A model generated the notes under the pieces. That model was not told the origin of the DNA. It ran no database searches and worked only from the letters and a program-made list of their open reading frames with translations. A DNA stretch of 27,516 bases from a virus. Lineage: Duplodnaviria > Heunggongvirae > Uroviricota > Caudoviricetes. Positions 19,614 through 27,516 of the stretch are shown in pieces. Within the stretch, counting starts at the first letter, position 1. Every line of letters starts with the position of its first letter. The stretch is from IMG/VR virus record IMGVR_UViG_2563366923_000009. One strand, 5' to 3'. A program made the position numbers and the translations under genes.

Positions 19614-19906
19614 TGCGCCACGTCCTGAAAATTACCCTGATAGAAAGCCAGTATGCGCTGCATAACTTCGCTCTTCCGGCACTCGCGACAGATTATGTTT
19701 AGGCGACTGTCGTAGCGACGTATTTCTCCGTCAGGTGATGACCAGATAAGGTCCGGATCAACCACAGCAGGTTTCTTCACCTTTGCCCTCGAGAGTTTTT
19801 TGCGGGCGTTTTGCCAGTCCTTACGCGCCTGTTCAGAGGGGAATAACCCGTAGCCGGAGTTGTATACATCGCCACTGGCTACCAGCTCTCTGGCAAGAAC
19901 GCTCAT
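19610..19906 (-). CDS. Hypothetical protein (98 aa), translationally coupled to neighbours
   Basis: Start overlaps the upstream stop by 1 nt; its stop overlaps the methyltransferase-like start. Confidence 0.45.
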   Translation of the reverse strand: MSVLARELVASGDVYNSGYGLFPSEQARKDWQNARKKLSRAKVKKPAVVDPDLIWSSPDGEIRRYDSRLNIICRECRKSEVMQRILAFYQGNFQDVAQ

Positions 19907-20190
19907 CAGATAGCCTCCATAATCGCAGGCACTAGCGCCGTGAACTTTTCACGCTTATCCCTGGTGTCGATAGCCTTCCAGCGTTCGAATATCTTCACTC
20001 GATTAACACCAAGCGCTCGCTGATCAACCGCGCCACCTTCATCTGTGACACGCTGAACATCGATGTTCGGGCGCTCTTTCAAAGCCCAGAATGCTTCAGT
20101 GATTAATATCGTCGCCTGCTCCTGTGTCATTCCTGGTCGACATATCCAGGCATCCAGAGCCTCACGAGCCTGTTCAGGAGTGATTTTCAT
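19906..20190 (-). CDS. Hypothetical protein (94 aa) immediately downstream of dicC
   Basis: ORF overlaps the dicC 3' end; occupies the position of cII/replication genes in lambdoid phages; no recognisable family. Confidence 0.45.
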   Translation of the reverse strand: MKITPEQAREALDAWICRPGMTQEQATILITEAFWALKERPNIDVQRVTDEGGAVDQRALGVNRVKIFERWKAIDTRDKREKFTALVPAIMEAI

Positions 20191-20404
20191 TGTTCAACCG
20201 CCCCGCCCGCTTCGTCTTACGATATTCATCATAAACTTTGGGATCATACTGAAGCTCCCCGCCAGATGCCTCCTGTAGACGCATCGCGCGACCTTCAGGA
20301 ACCAGTATCCCCCAAGCAGCAACACTTGCCAGCCTCACTCCTGCGGCATTGGCAAGCTTTGTTTTGCTGCCAAAAAAAGTAATTGCGTCAACTTTAAGCA
20401 TCAA
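20174..20404 (-). CDS. dicC: Cro-like regulator (YdaS/DicC family)
   Basis: 76 aa, divergent from dicA across an operator-containing intergenic region. Confidence 0.85.
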   Translation of the reverse strand: MMLKVDAITFFGSKTKLANAAGVRLASVAAWGILVPEGRAMRLQEASGGELQYDPKVYDEYRKTKRAGRLNNENHS

Positions 20405-20413
20405 ATCCCCCTC

Positions 20414-20432
20414 TTGTTAGACTTTTCTAACA
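20414..20432. promoter_or_regulatory. DicA-type operator palindrome in the dicA-dicC intergenic region
   Basis: TTGTTAGA cttt TCTAACA inverted repeat. Confidence 0.65.
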
Positions 20433-20481
20433 TTATTGTGCGCGGGATACCTAAGTCAAGAAAAATTAGAATTACCTAACT

Positions 20482-20889
20482 ATGGATACAAGAACCCTGG
20501 GCCAGCGAGTTCTGGCGCGACGAAAAGAATTACGCTTAACACAACGAGAAGCCGCGCGCCTCGCTGGAGTTGCTCACGTCACAATTTCACAATGGGAAAG
20601 AGACGAAACCCAGCCAGTCGGAAAACGATTGTTTGCTTTAGCGGATGCTCTGAAGTGCTCACCTACATGGCTAATGTTTGGTGACGAAGACAAGGCACCA
20701 GTGCCTGCACAAGAACTTCATGTGGAAACAGAGCTAACTCCCAACCACAAAGAATTGATCGAATTATTCGATGCTCTTCCATCTTCCGAGCAGGAAGCCT
20801 TGCTGTCTGAAATGCGCGCAAGAGTAGAAAACTTCAACAAACTCTTCGAAGAAATGCTTAAAGCGCGTAAAAATAAATCAATAAAATAA
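20482..20889 (+). CDS. dicA: XRE-family HTH repressor (cI/C2-like)
   Basis: 135 aa, LGQRVLARRKELRLTQREAARLAGVAHVTISQWER HTH. Confidence 0.95.
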   Translation: MDTRTLGQRVLARRKELRLTQREAARLAGVAHVTISQWERDETQPVGKRLFALADALKCSPTWLMFGDEDKAPVPAQELHVETELTPNHKELIELFDALPSSEQEALLSEMRARVENFNKLFEEMLKARKNKSIK

Positions 20890-20924
20890 CATTCTTTTCA
20901 AGTGATTAGTTGCGCCCACCCTTT

Positions 20925-20944
20925 TTGTTAGATCAATCTAACAA
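20925..20944. promoter_or_regulatory. Second DicA-type operator palindrome upstream of the ydfA-dicB operon
   Basis: TTGTTAGA tcaa TCTAACAA, a perfect 8-bp inverted repeat with the same half-sites as at 20414. Confidence 0.65.
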
Positions 20945-21057
20945 AAAACACTTGCCTCTCATGTTAGGTTATTCTAAATTATTTTCCATCAAGACACCGC
21001 ACGGTGTTCTCAGCAAACAGTTCCGCTACCCCGGCGTTAAGGGGAAATGAGGTCAGC

Positions 21058-21213
21058 ATGGATACTATCGATCTTGGCAACAACGAATCTCTGGTGTACG
21101 GCGTGTTTCCAAACCAGGACGGCACGTTCACCGCAATGACGTATACCAAAAGCAAAACGTTTAAAACCGAATCTGGAGCGCGTCGCTGGCTGGAAAGAAA
21201 TTCAGGTGGGTGA
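21058..21213 (+). CDS. ydfA: Small protein YdfA (51 aa)
   Basis: MDTIDLGNNESLVYGVFPNQDGTFTAMTYTKSKTFKTESGARRWLERNSGG; GAGG Shine-Dalgarno 5 nt upstream. Confidence 0.8.
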   Translation: MDTIDLGNNESLVYGVFPNQDGTFTAMTYTKSKTFKTESGARRWLERNSGG

Positions 21214-21214
21214 T

Positions 21215-21343
21215 ATGGATTTCGACACAATCATGGAAAAGGCTTACGAAGAATACTTCGAAGGCCTTGCCGAAGGCGAAGAAGCTCTCAGCTTCAGCGA
21301 ATTTAAACAGGCGCTTTCCAGTTCGGCAAAATCTAACGGCTGA
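21215..21343 (+). CDS. ydfB: Small acidic protein YdfB (42 aa)
   Basis: Not in the ORF track; hand translation MDFDTIMEKAYEEYFEGLAEGEEALSFSEFKQALSSSAKSNG, starting 2 nt after the ydfA stop. Confidence 0.7.
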   Translation: MDFDTIMEKAYEEYFEGLAEGEEALSFSEFKQALSSSAKSNG

Positions 21344-21372
21344 TAAGCGAAACAGCACCGCAAGGAATCAGT

Positions 21373-21591
21373 ATGCAGAAACGAGAACCCGTTATCATCG
21401 CGCCAGACTATACCGATGATGAACTTTATGAGTGGATGCACCAGAAAATTAATGCAGCGCAGGATCTGAAATGGGCTAATGAAGCCAGGGCTAAGCAGGC
21501 TGAAAATCTGTTCTCTCTGGAGCAGGATATCACCAATCTGGAAAAAGCAGCGGCATTAAGCATTGCCAGAATGATTACATACCCGCGTTAA
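21373..21591 (+). CDS. ydfC: Small protein YdfC (72 aa)
   Basis: ORF with coiled-coil-like sequence in the dicB operon. Confidence 0.75.
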   Translation: MQKREPVIIAPDYTDDELYEWMHQKINAAQDLKWANEARAKQAENLFSLEQDITNLEKAAALSIARMITYPR

Positions 21592-21932
21592 TAGCTAACC
21601 AACGAAGCTAAGGTTGGTAATTAAGGAGTTCTCCACGGGTGAGGTGGAGTGCGTGCGCCGGACACGGGTGAGCATCCGGCACTGACAGTTTACTGAAAGG
21701 ATATTTCCCTGAAAAGTCAGACCATAACGCGAAAGCGCACGGCGAGGTAGCTGGTTCATAGATAGCCTGTCGTTAAATTTTCGTCGACCGTGCGCTTCCG
21801 GTTGTGGCAATCCGCGAAATGGCGCGGCGGTAAGTATGGCGGGGTTATTCCTTCCCCCGTTGAGGACACCGGGTTGTCAGGTTGACCATACGCTTAAGTG
21901 ACAACCCCGCTGCAACGCCCTCTGTTATCAAT

Positions 21933-21990
21933 TTTCTGGTGACGTTTGGCGGTATCAGTTTTACTCCGTGACTGCTCTGCCGCCCTTTTT
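21933..21990 (+). ncRNA. dicF: DicF small regulatory RNA (ftsZ-targeting), including its terminator hairpin
   Basis: TTTCTGGTGACGTTTGGCGGTATCAGTTTTACTCCGTGACTGCTCTGCCGCCCTTTTT matches the DicF sequence as recalled; located between ydfC and dicB. Confidence 0.85.
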
Positions 21991-22159
21991 AAAGTGAATT
22001 TTGTGATGCGGTGAATGCGGCTAAGCGCACGCGGAACAGTTAAAACCAAAAACAGTGTTATGGGTGGATTCTCTGTATCCGACGTTAATTGTTAACTGGT
22101 TAACGTCACCTGGAGGCACCAGGCACCGCATCACAAAACTCATTGTTGAGGGCGCGATA

Positions 22160-22348
22160 ATGAAAATGTTATTACCAAACGTTAATACGTCTGAAGGTTG
22201 TTTTGAAATTGGTGTCACTATCAGTAATCCTGTATTTACTGAAGAGGCCATTAACAAAAGAAAACACGAACGGGAGTTATTAAATAAAGTATGCATTGTT
22301 TCAATGCTGGCCCGTTTACGTCTGATGCCAAAAGGATGTGCACAATGA
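22160..22348 (+). CDS. dicB: Cell-division inhibitor DicB (62 aa)
   Basis: MKMLLPNVNTSEGCFEIGVTISNPVFTEEAINKRKHERELLNKVCIVSMLARLRLMPKGCAQ. Confidence 0.9.
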   Translation: MKMLLPNVNTSEGCFEIGVTISNPVFTEEAINKRKHERELLNKVCIVSMLARLRLMPKGCAQ

Positions 22349-22536
22349 ATCCAGTATTTGCACTTATTCTGACGGTTTTTCTTGTTTCCGGAGAGCCAGT
22401 TGATATTGCAGTCAGTGTTCACAGAACAATGCAGGAATGTATGGCAGCAGCAACCGAACAGAAAATTCCCGGTAACTGTTACCCGGTCGATAAAGTTATT
22501 CACCCGGATAATATCGAAATCCCGGCAGGTCTTTAA
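22345..22536 (+). CDS. ydfD: Small membrane/lysis-type protein YdfD (63 aa)
   Basis: ATGA overlap with the dicB stop; MNPVFALILTVFLVSGEPV hydrophobic N-terminus. Confidence 0.8.
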   Translation: MNPVFALILTVFLVSGEPVDIAVSVHRTMQECMAAATEQKIPGNCYPVDKVIHPDNIEIPAGL

Positions 22537-22619
22537 AACAGTTCCGTAATAAATATCCGGTTTCGGTGATGCTGCCAACTTACTGATTTAGTGTATGATG
22601 GTGTTTTTGAGGTGCTCCA

Positions 22620-22895
22620 GTGGCTTCTGTTTCTATCAGCTGTCCCTCCTGTTCAGCTACTGACGGGGTGGTGCGTAACGGCAAAAGCACTGCCGGACAT
22701 CAGCGCTATCTCTGCTCTCACTGCCGTAAAACATGGCAACTGCAGTTCACTTACACCGCTTCTCAACCCGGTACGCACCAGAAAATCATTGATATGGCCA
22801 TGAATGGCGTTGGATGCCGGGCAACCGCCCGCATTATGGGCGTTGGCCTCAACACGATTTTCCGCCATTTAAAAAACTCAGGCCGCAGTCGGTAA
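22620..22895 (+). CDS. insA: IS1 InsA
   Basis: [40 protein letters not shown]... (91 aa). Confidence 0.95.
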   Translation: MASVSISCPSCSATDGVVRNGKSTAGHQRYLCSHCRKTWQLQFTYTASQPGTHQKIIDMAMNGVGCRATARIMGVGLNTIFRHLKNSGRSR

Positions 22896-23317
22896 CCTCG
22901 CGCATACAGCCGGGCAGTGACGTCATCGTCTGCGCGGAAATGGACGAACAGTGGGGATACGTCGGGGCTAAATCGCGCCAGCGCTGGCTGTTTTACGCGT
23001 ATGACAGGCTCCGGAAGACGGTTGTTGCGCACGTATTCGGTGAACGCACTATGGCGACGCTGGGGCGTCTTATGAGCCTGCTGTCACCCTTTGACGTGGT
23101 GATATGGATGACGGATGGCTGGCCGCTGTATGAATCCCGCCTGAAGGGAAAGCTGCACGTAATCAGCAAGCGATATACGCAGCGAATTGAGCGGCATAAC
23201 CTGAATCTGAGGCAGCACCTGGCACGGCTGGGACGGAAGTCGCTGTCGTTCTCAAAATCGGTGGAGCTGCATGACAAAGTCATCGGGCATTATCTGAACA
23301 TAAAACACTATCAATAA
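22814..23317 (+). CDS. insB: IS1 InsB' (expressed as InsAB' transposase through a -1 frameshift)
   Basis: 167-aa frame ending ...HYLNIKHYQ; overlaps insA in the -1 frame. Confidence 0.9.
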   Translation: MPGNRPHYGRWPQHDFPPFKKLRPQSVTSRIQPGSDVIVCAEMDEQWGYVGAKSRQRWLFYAYDRLRKTVVAHVFGERTMATLGRLMSLLSPFDVVIWMTDGWPLYESRLKGKLHVISKRYTQRIERHNLNLRQHLARLGRKSLSFSKSVELHDKVIGHYLNIKHYQ

Positions 23318-23405
23318 GTTGGAGTCATTACCCCGGTTTCATTCTTATATGCCAGCAATGGCAGGGATTTGTTCATCCTTAAATCTGTCATGAGGTTAAA
23401 ACAAA

Positions 23406-25877
23406 ATGAGTAAAGTCTTTATTTGCGCCGCCATTCCGGGCGAACAGGCAATAAAGGAAGAAGGTGCCGTCGCTGTAGCCACTGCCATTGAAGCCGGTGA
23501 TGAACGTCGCGCCCGCGCAAAATTTCACTGGCAATTCCTGGAACATTATCCGGCTGCTCAGGACTGCGCTTATAAATTTATTGTCTGCGAGGATAAACCT
23601 GGCATACCCCGCCCTGCCCTCGATTCATGGGATGCTGAATATATGCAGGAAAACCGCTGGGATGAGGAGTCTGCTTCTTTTGTCCCGGTTGAGACTGAAT
23701 CCGATCCGATGAACGTCACTTTTGACAAGCTGGCCCCTGAAGTACAGAACGCTGTCATGGTTAAGTTCGACACATGTGAAAACATCACCGTTGATATGGT
23801 TATTAGCGCACAGGAATTGTTGCAGGAAGACATGGCAACATTCGACGGACATATCGTTGAAGCGTTGATGAAAATGCCAGAAGTTAACGCCATGTATCCG
23901 GAGCTTAAGTTGCACGCCATTGGGTGGGTTAAGCATAAATGTATTCCTGGTGCTAAATGGCCCGAAATTCAGGCAGAGATGCGCATCTGGAAAAAACGTC
24001 GCGAAGGTGAACGCAAGGAAACCGGAAAATACACGTCTGTTGTTGATCTCGCCCGCGCCAGAGCCAATCAACAGTACACTGAAAATTCAACAGGAAAAAT
24101 CAGCCCGGTCATTGCTGCCATTCATCGCGAATACAAGCAGACATGGAAAACACTGGATGACGAACTGGCCTACGCTCTCTGGCCTGGTGATGTGGATGCC
24201 GGAAACATTGACGGCAGCATCCATCGCTGGGCAAAAAATGAAGTTATCGACAACGACCGCGAAGACTGGAAGCGTATCTCGGCATCAATACGCAAACAGC
24301 CTGATGCCCTTCGCTACGACCGCCAAACTATTTTTGGCCTTGTCCGTGAGCGTCCGATCGACATTCACAAAGATCCCGTAGCACTGAACAAATATATCTG
24401 CGAATACCTGACGACAAAGGGCGTGTTTGAGAATGAAGAAACAGACCTGGGCACTGTTGATGTTCTCCAGTCATCAGAAACACAAACTGATGCAGTGGAA
24501 ACTGAGGTATCTGATATCCCAAAAAATGAAACCGCACCGGAAGCTGAACCATCTGTAGAGCGTGAGGGGCCGTTCTATTTCCTCTTCGCAGATAAGGACG
24601 GAGAAAAATACGGTCGCGCAAACAAACTTTCTGGTCTGGATAAGGCACTGGCTGCTGGCGCCACTGAAATCACAAAAGAAGAATATTTTGCCCGAAAAAA
24701 TGGCACATACACGGGCTTACCGCAAAATGTAGATACCGCTGAAGATTCAGAACAACCAGAGCCGATAAAAGTTACCGCTGACGAAGTAAACAAAATTATG
24801 CAGGCAGCCAATATCAGCCAGCCTGACGCCGATAAGTTGCTTGCTGCATCACGTGGTGAATTTGTTGAAGGGATTAGTGACCCGAATGATCCGAAATGGG
24901 TTAAGGGGATCCAGACCCGCGATTCTGTGAACCAGAACCAGCATGAATCGGAACGGAACTACCAAAAAGCGGAACAAAACAGCCCAAATGCGTTACAAAA
25001 CGAGCCAGAAACGAAACAGCCTGAATCAGTGGCGCAACAGGAAGTGGAAAAAGTCTGCACCGCCTGCGGTCAGACCGGCGGCGGCAACTGCCCTGATTGT
25101 GGCGCGGTGATGGGCGACGCAACATACCAAGAAACATTCGATGAAGAGTATCAGGTTGAAGTTCAGGAAGATGATCCGGAGGAAATGGAAGGCGCTGAAC
25201 ATCCACACAAGGAGAACGCTGGCGGCAATCAGCATCACGATAGCGATAATGAAACTGGCGAAACGGCAGATCACTCAATTAAGGTGAACGGTCATCACGA
25301 AATCACATCCACCAGCAGGACGTGTGACCATCTAATGATCGACCTTGAAACCATGGGAAAAAATCCTGATGCCCCGATCATCTCAATAGGTGCAATATTT
25401 TTCGATCCGCAAACCGGAGATATGGGACCGGAATTTAGTAAGACTATCGATCTGGAAACTGCTGGCGGAGTCATTGATCGGGACACCATTAAATGGTGGC
25501 TTAAGCAATCACGCGAAGCGCAATCGGCCATTATGACCGATGAAATCCCGTTAGATGATGCACTGTTACAATTGCGGGAATTTATCGACGAAAACTCCGG
25601 TGAATTTTTTGTTCAGGTTTGGGGAAATGGAGCCAACTTCGACAACACGATTTTGCGCCGTTCATACGAACGGCAGGGGATCCCCTGCCCGTGGCGTTAC
25701 TACAACGATCGCGATGTACGCACAATCGTTGAGCTGGGGAAAGCCATAGACTTCGATGCCAGAACGGCTATTCCATTCGAAGGTGAGCGCCATAATGCAC
25801 TTGATGACGCCCGTTACCAGGCAAAATACGTTTCAGTTATCTGGCAAAAACTGATCCCGAGTCAGGCTGATTCTTAA
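23406..25877 (+). CDS. Large RecE-like prophage protein with C-terminal DEDDh (DnaQ-like) 3'-5' exonuclease domain
   Basis: 823 aa. The central segment (DKLLAASRGEFVEGISDPNDPKWVKGIQTRD ... CTACGQTGGGNCPDCGAVMGDATYQETFDEE ... DPEEMEGAEHPH) matches the linker/zinc-ribbon region of Rac RecE as I recall it. The C-terminal 200 aa carry Exo I (MIDLETMG), Exo II (GNGANFDNTIL) and Exo III (HNALDDARYQ) motifs instead of a RecE-type PD-(D/E)XK nuclease. Confidence 0.8.
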   Translation: MSKVFICAAIPGEQAIKEEGAVAVATAIEAGDERRARAKFHWQFLEHYPAAQDCAYKFIVCEDKPGIPRPALDSWDAEYMQENRWDEESASFVPVETESDPMNVTFDKLAPEVQNAVMVKFDTCENITVDMVISAQELLQEDMATFDGHIVEALMKMPEVNAMYPELKLHAIGWVKHKCIPGAKWPEIQAEMRIWKKRREGERKETGKYTSVVDLARARANQQYTENSTGKISPVIAAIHREYKQTWKTLDDELAYALWPGDVDAGNIDGSIHRWAKNEVIDNDREDWKRISASIRKQPDALRYDRQTIFGLVRERPIDIHKDPVALNKYICEYLTTKGVFENEETDLGTVDVLQSSETQTDAVETEVSDIPKNETAPEAEPSVEREGPFYFLFADKDGEKYGRANKLSGLDKALAAGATEITKEEYFARKNGTYTGLPQNVDTAEDSEQPEPIKVTADEVNKIMQAANISQPDADKLLAASRGEFVEGISDPNDPKWVKGIQTRDSVNQNQHESERNYQKAEQNSPNALQNEPETKQPESVAQQEVEKVCTACGQTGGGNCPDCGAVMGDATYQETFDEEYQVEVQEDDPEEMEGAEHPHKENAGGNQHHDSDNETGETADHSIKVNGHHEITSTSRTCDHLMIDLETMGKNPDAPIISIGAIFFDPQTGDMGPEFSKTIDLETAGGVIDRDTIKWWLKQSREAQSAIMTDEIPLDDALLQLREFIDENSGEFFVQVWGNGANFDNTILRRSYERQGIPCPWRYYNDRDVRTIVELGKAIDFDARTAIPFEGERHNALDDARYQAKYVSVIWQKLIPSQADS

Positions 25878-25949
25878 TGTTCAACTGTCGCCGGTTGTGA
25901 CTGGTATTCTGCAACCGGCGCTCGTCTGATGTAAGAGATAAAGAAATCG

Positions 25950-26201
25950 ATGAGCGAAGTAATCATGATTGTCTCTCCCGGCAAATGGGTATCCGAAGAG
26001 CAGTTAATTGCGCTGAAAGGAATAAAAAAAGGTACGTTAAAAAAGGCCCGGGAAAAATCGTTTATGGAAGGAAGGGAATATAAGCATGTCGCTCATGACG
26101 GTATGCCATGGGATAACAGTCCATGCTTTTACAACCTGGAAGAAATTGATCGCTGGATTGAGCGCCAGGCATCAGCAAGACCAAGACGTCATCTTACTTG
26201 A
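25950..26201 (+). CDS. Excisionase-like protein
   Basis: 83-aa ORF immediately upstream of int; GREYKHVAHDG resembles the lambda Xis GREYLFHESA segment; start may be 25950 or 25965. Confidence 0.55.
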   Translation: MSEVIMIVSPGKWVSEEQLIALKGIKKGTLKKAREKSFMEGREYKHVAHDGMPWDNSPCFYNLEEIDRWIERQASARPRRHLT

Positions 26202-26235
26202 CTAAAAGCCACACTAACTAATGAGAGAAGTTGAA

Positions 26236-27516
26236 ATGAAATATCCGACAGGCGTGGAAAACCATGGAGGGAAATTACGTATCTGGTTTGTTTATAAAGG
26301 CGTAAGAGTCAGGGAAAACCTGGGGGTTCCTGACACAGCAAAAAACAGGCGCGTTGCAGGTGAGCTACGCGCCTCTGTTTGTTACGCAATAAAAACTGGT
26401 GTTTTCGACTATGCAAAACAGTTTCCCTCCTCACGCAATCTGGAAAAATTTGGTGAGACTCGACAAGATTTAACCATAAAAGAACTGGCTGAAAAATTTC
26501 TGGCACTGAAAGAAACTGAAGTCGCAAAAACATCACTCAACACATACCGTGCCGTCATCAAAAATATCCTGAGCATAATCGGTGAAAAAAATCTTGCCTC
26601 ATCGATTAATAAAGAAAAATTACTGGAGGTTCGTAAAGAGCTACTGACTGGATACCAGATCCCCAAAAGTAACTATATTGTTACACAACCAGGGAGATCG
26701 GCTGTAACTGTAAATAATTACATGACAAATCTTAACGCCGTGTTCCAGTTTGGTGTTGATAACGGTTACCTGGCAGATAACCCGTTTAAGGGGATCTCGC
26801 CATTAAAGGAATCAAGAACCATTCCGGATCCTCTTTCGCGGGAGGAATTCATCCGTCTTATCGATGCGTGCAGAAATCAGCAAGCCAAAAATTTATGGTG
26901 TGTTTCTGTTTATACTGGCGTTCGCCCTGGTGAGCTGTGTGCACTTGGATGGGAGGACATAGATCTGAAAAATGGAACAATGATGATCAGGAGAAATTTA
27001 GCAAAAGACCGTTTCACGGTACCAAAAACACAGGCGGGAACCAATCGGGTCATTCATCTTATTAAGCCAGCAATCGACGCTCTCCGGAGTCAGATGACAT
27101 TAACGAGACTGAGCAAAGAGCATATCATTGATGTTCACCTCAGAGAGTATGGCAGAACAGAAAAACATAAATGCACCTTTGTTTTTCAACCTGAAGTGTC
27201 AGCGAGAGTAAAAAATTATGGTGACCATTTTACCGTTGACTCAATAAGGCAGATGTGGGACGCAGCGATAAAACGTGCCGGACTCCGCCATCGAAAATCA
27301 TATCAGTCGAGACATACTTATGCCTGCTGGTCGCTGACAGCTGGTGCTAACCCGGCATTTATAGCAAACCAGATGGGCCATGCAGATGCGCAAATGGTAT
27401 TTCAGGTATACGGAAAATGGATGTCTGAAAACAATAATGCACAGGTAGCTTTGTTAAATACACAGTTAAGCGAGTTTGCCCCAACCATGCCCCATAACGA
27501 AGCAATGAAAAATTAA
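26236..27516 (+). CDS. intQ: Tyrosine integrase (lambda family), full length
   Basis: About 426 aa; N-terminal arm-binding-type domain (GKLRIWFVYKGVRVRENLG), catalytic box TGVRPGEL (Arg), SRHTYACW (His-x-x-Arg region), and GHADAQMVFQVYGKW (His, Tyr nucleophile); stop at the window end. Confidence 0.9.
   Translation: MKYPTGVENHGGKLRIWFVYKGVRVRENLGVPDTAKNRRVAGELRASVCYAIKTGVFDYAKQFPSSRNLEKFGETRQDLTIKELAEKFLALKETEVAKTSLNTYRAVIKNILSIIGEKNLASSINKEKLLEVRKELLTGYQIPKSNYIVTQPGRSAVTVNNYMTNLNAVFQFGVDNGYLADNPFKGISPLKESRTIPDPLSREEFIRLIDACRNQQAKNLWCVSVYTGVRPGELCALGWEDIDLKNGTMMIRRNLAKDRFTVPKTQAGTNRVIHLIKPAIDALRSQMTLTRLSKEHIIDVHLREYGRTEKHKCTFVFQPEVSARVKNYGDHFTVDSIRQMWDAAIKRAGLRHRKSYQSRHTYACWSLTAGANPAFIANQMGHADAQMVFQVYGKWMSENNNAQVALLNTQLSEFAPTMPHNEAMKN

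Larger units (their letters stand above)
22565..23332 (+). mobile_element. IS1 insertion sequence (768 bp) with target-site duplication
   Basis: Ends GGTGATGCTGCCAACTTACTGAT and GGAGTCATTACC; insA and insB' inside with the A6C slippery site at 22871..22877; flanking direct repeat CCGGTTTC at 22557..22564 and 23333..23340. Confidence 0.95.

Noticed and set aside
21595-21810. 71-aa minus-strand ORF between ydfC and dicF
   Set aside because: Lies in the structured spacer that is processed to release DicF; antisense to the operon and without translation signals.
22021-22578. 185-aa minus-strand ORF spanning the dicF-dicB-ydfD region
   Set aside because: Antisense to the well-supported dicB and ydfD genes and the DicF sRNA; Cys-rich, odd composition and no ribosome-binding site; most likely a chance open frame.
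23488-25531. Multiple ORFs of 64-153 aa on both strands within the RecE-like gene
   Set aside because: All are nested or antisense within the long 823-aa frame, which carries the conserved motifs.

Overview
The window is almost entirely a defective lambdoid prophage that I recognise, from memory and not from any search, as closely resembling the E. coli Qin/Kim element. It sits against an N-terminally truncated MHS-family transporter gene (ydfJ-like, 1..1284), which marks the left junction, and ends with an intact xis-int pair at the right edge. Reading from the left: ydfK, an orphan Pin invertase with tfa and a chimeric capsid-E/side-tail-fiber ORF, a lambda-identical Nu1-cos block, small moron genes (ynfO, ydfO, gnsB, ynfN, cspI), a phage-21-type lysis cassette, cspB/cspF, the Q antiterminator, a DUF968 protein, the relB-relE-hokD toxin-antitoxin operon, flxA with a sigma-28 promoter, an rve-type IS, a decayed region, a dicC-linked operon with a methyltransferase-like ORF, the dicA/dicC immunity switch, the dicB operon with the DicF sRNA, an IS1 with target duplication, and a large RecE-like protein whose C-terminus is a DEDDh exonuclease. 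No virion genes, replication genes, CRISPR arrays, tRNAs or rRNAs were seen. The most promising candidates for something undescribed are the RecE-like/DEDDh chimera, the dicC-linked cassette and the retained cos site, but none can be shown to be novel from sequence alone. Gene names rest on recalled similarity and need database confirmation.
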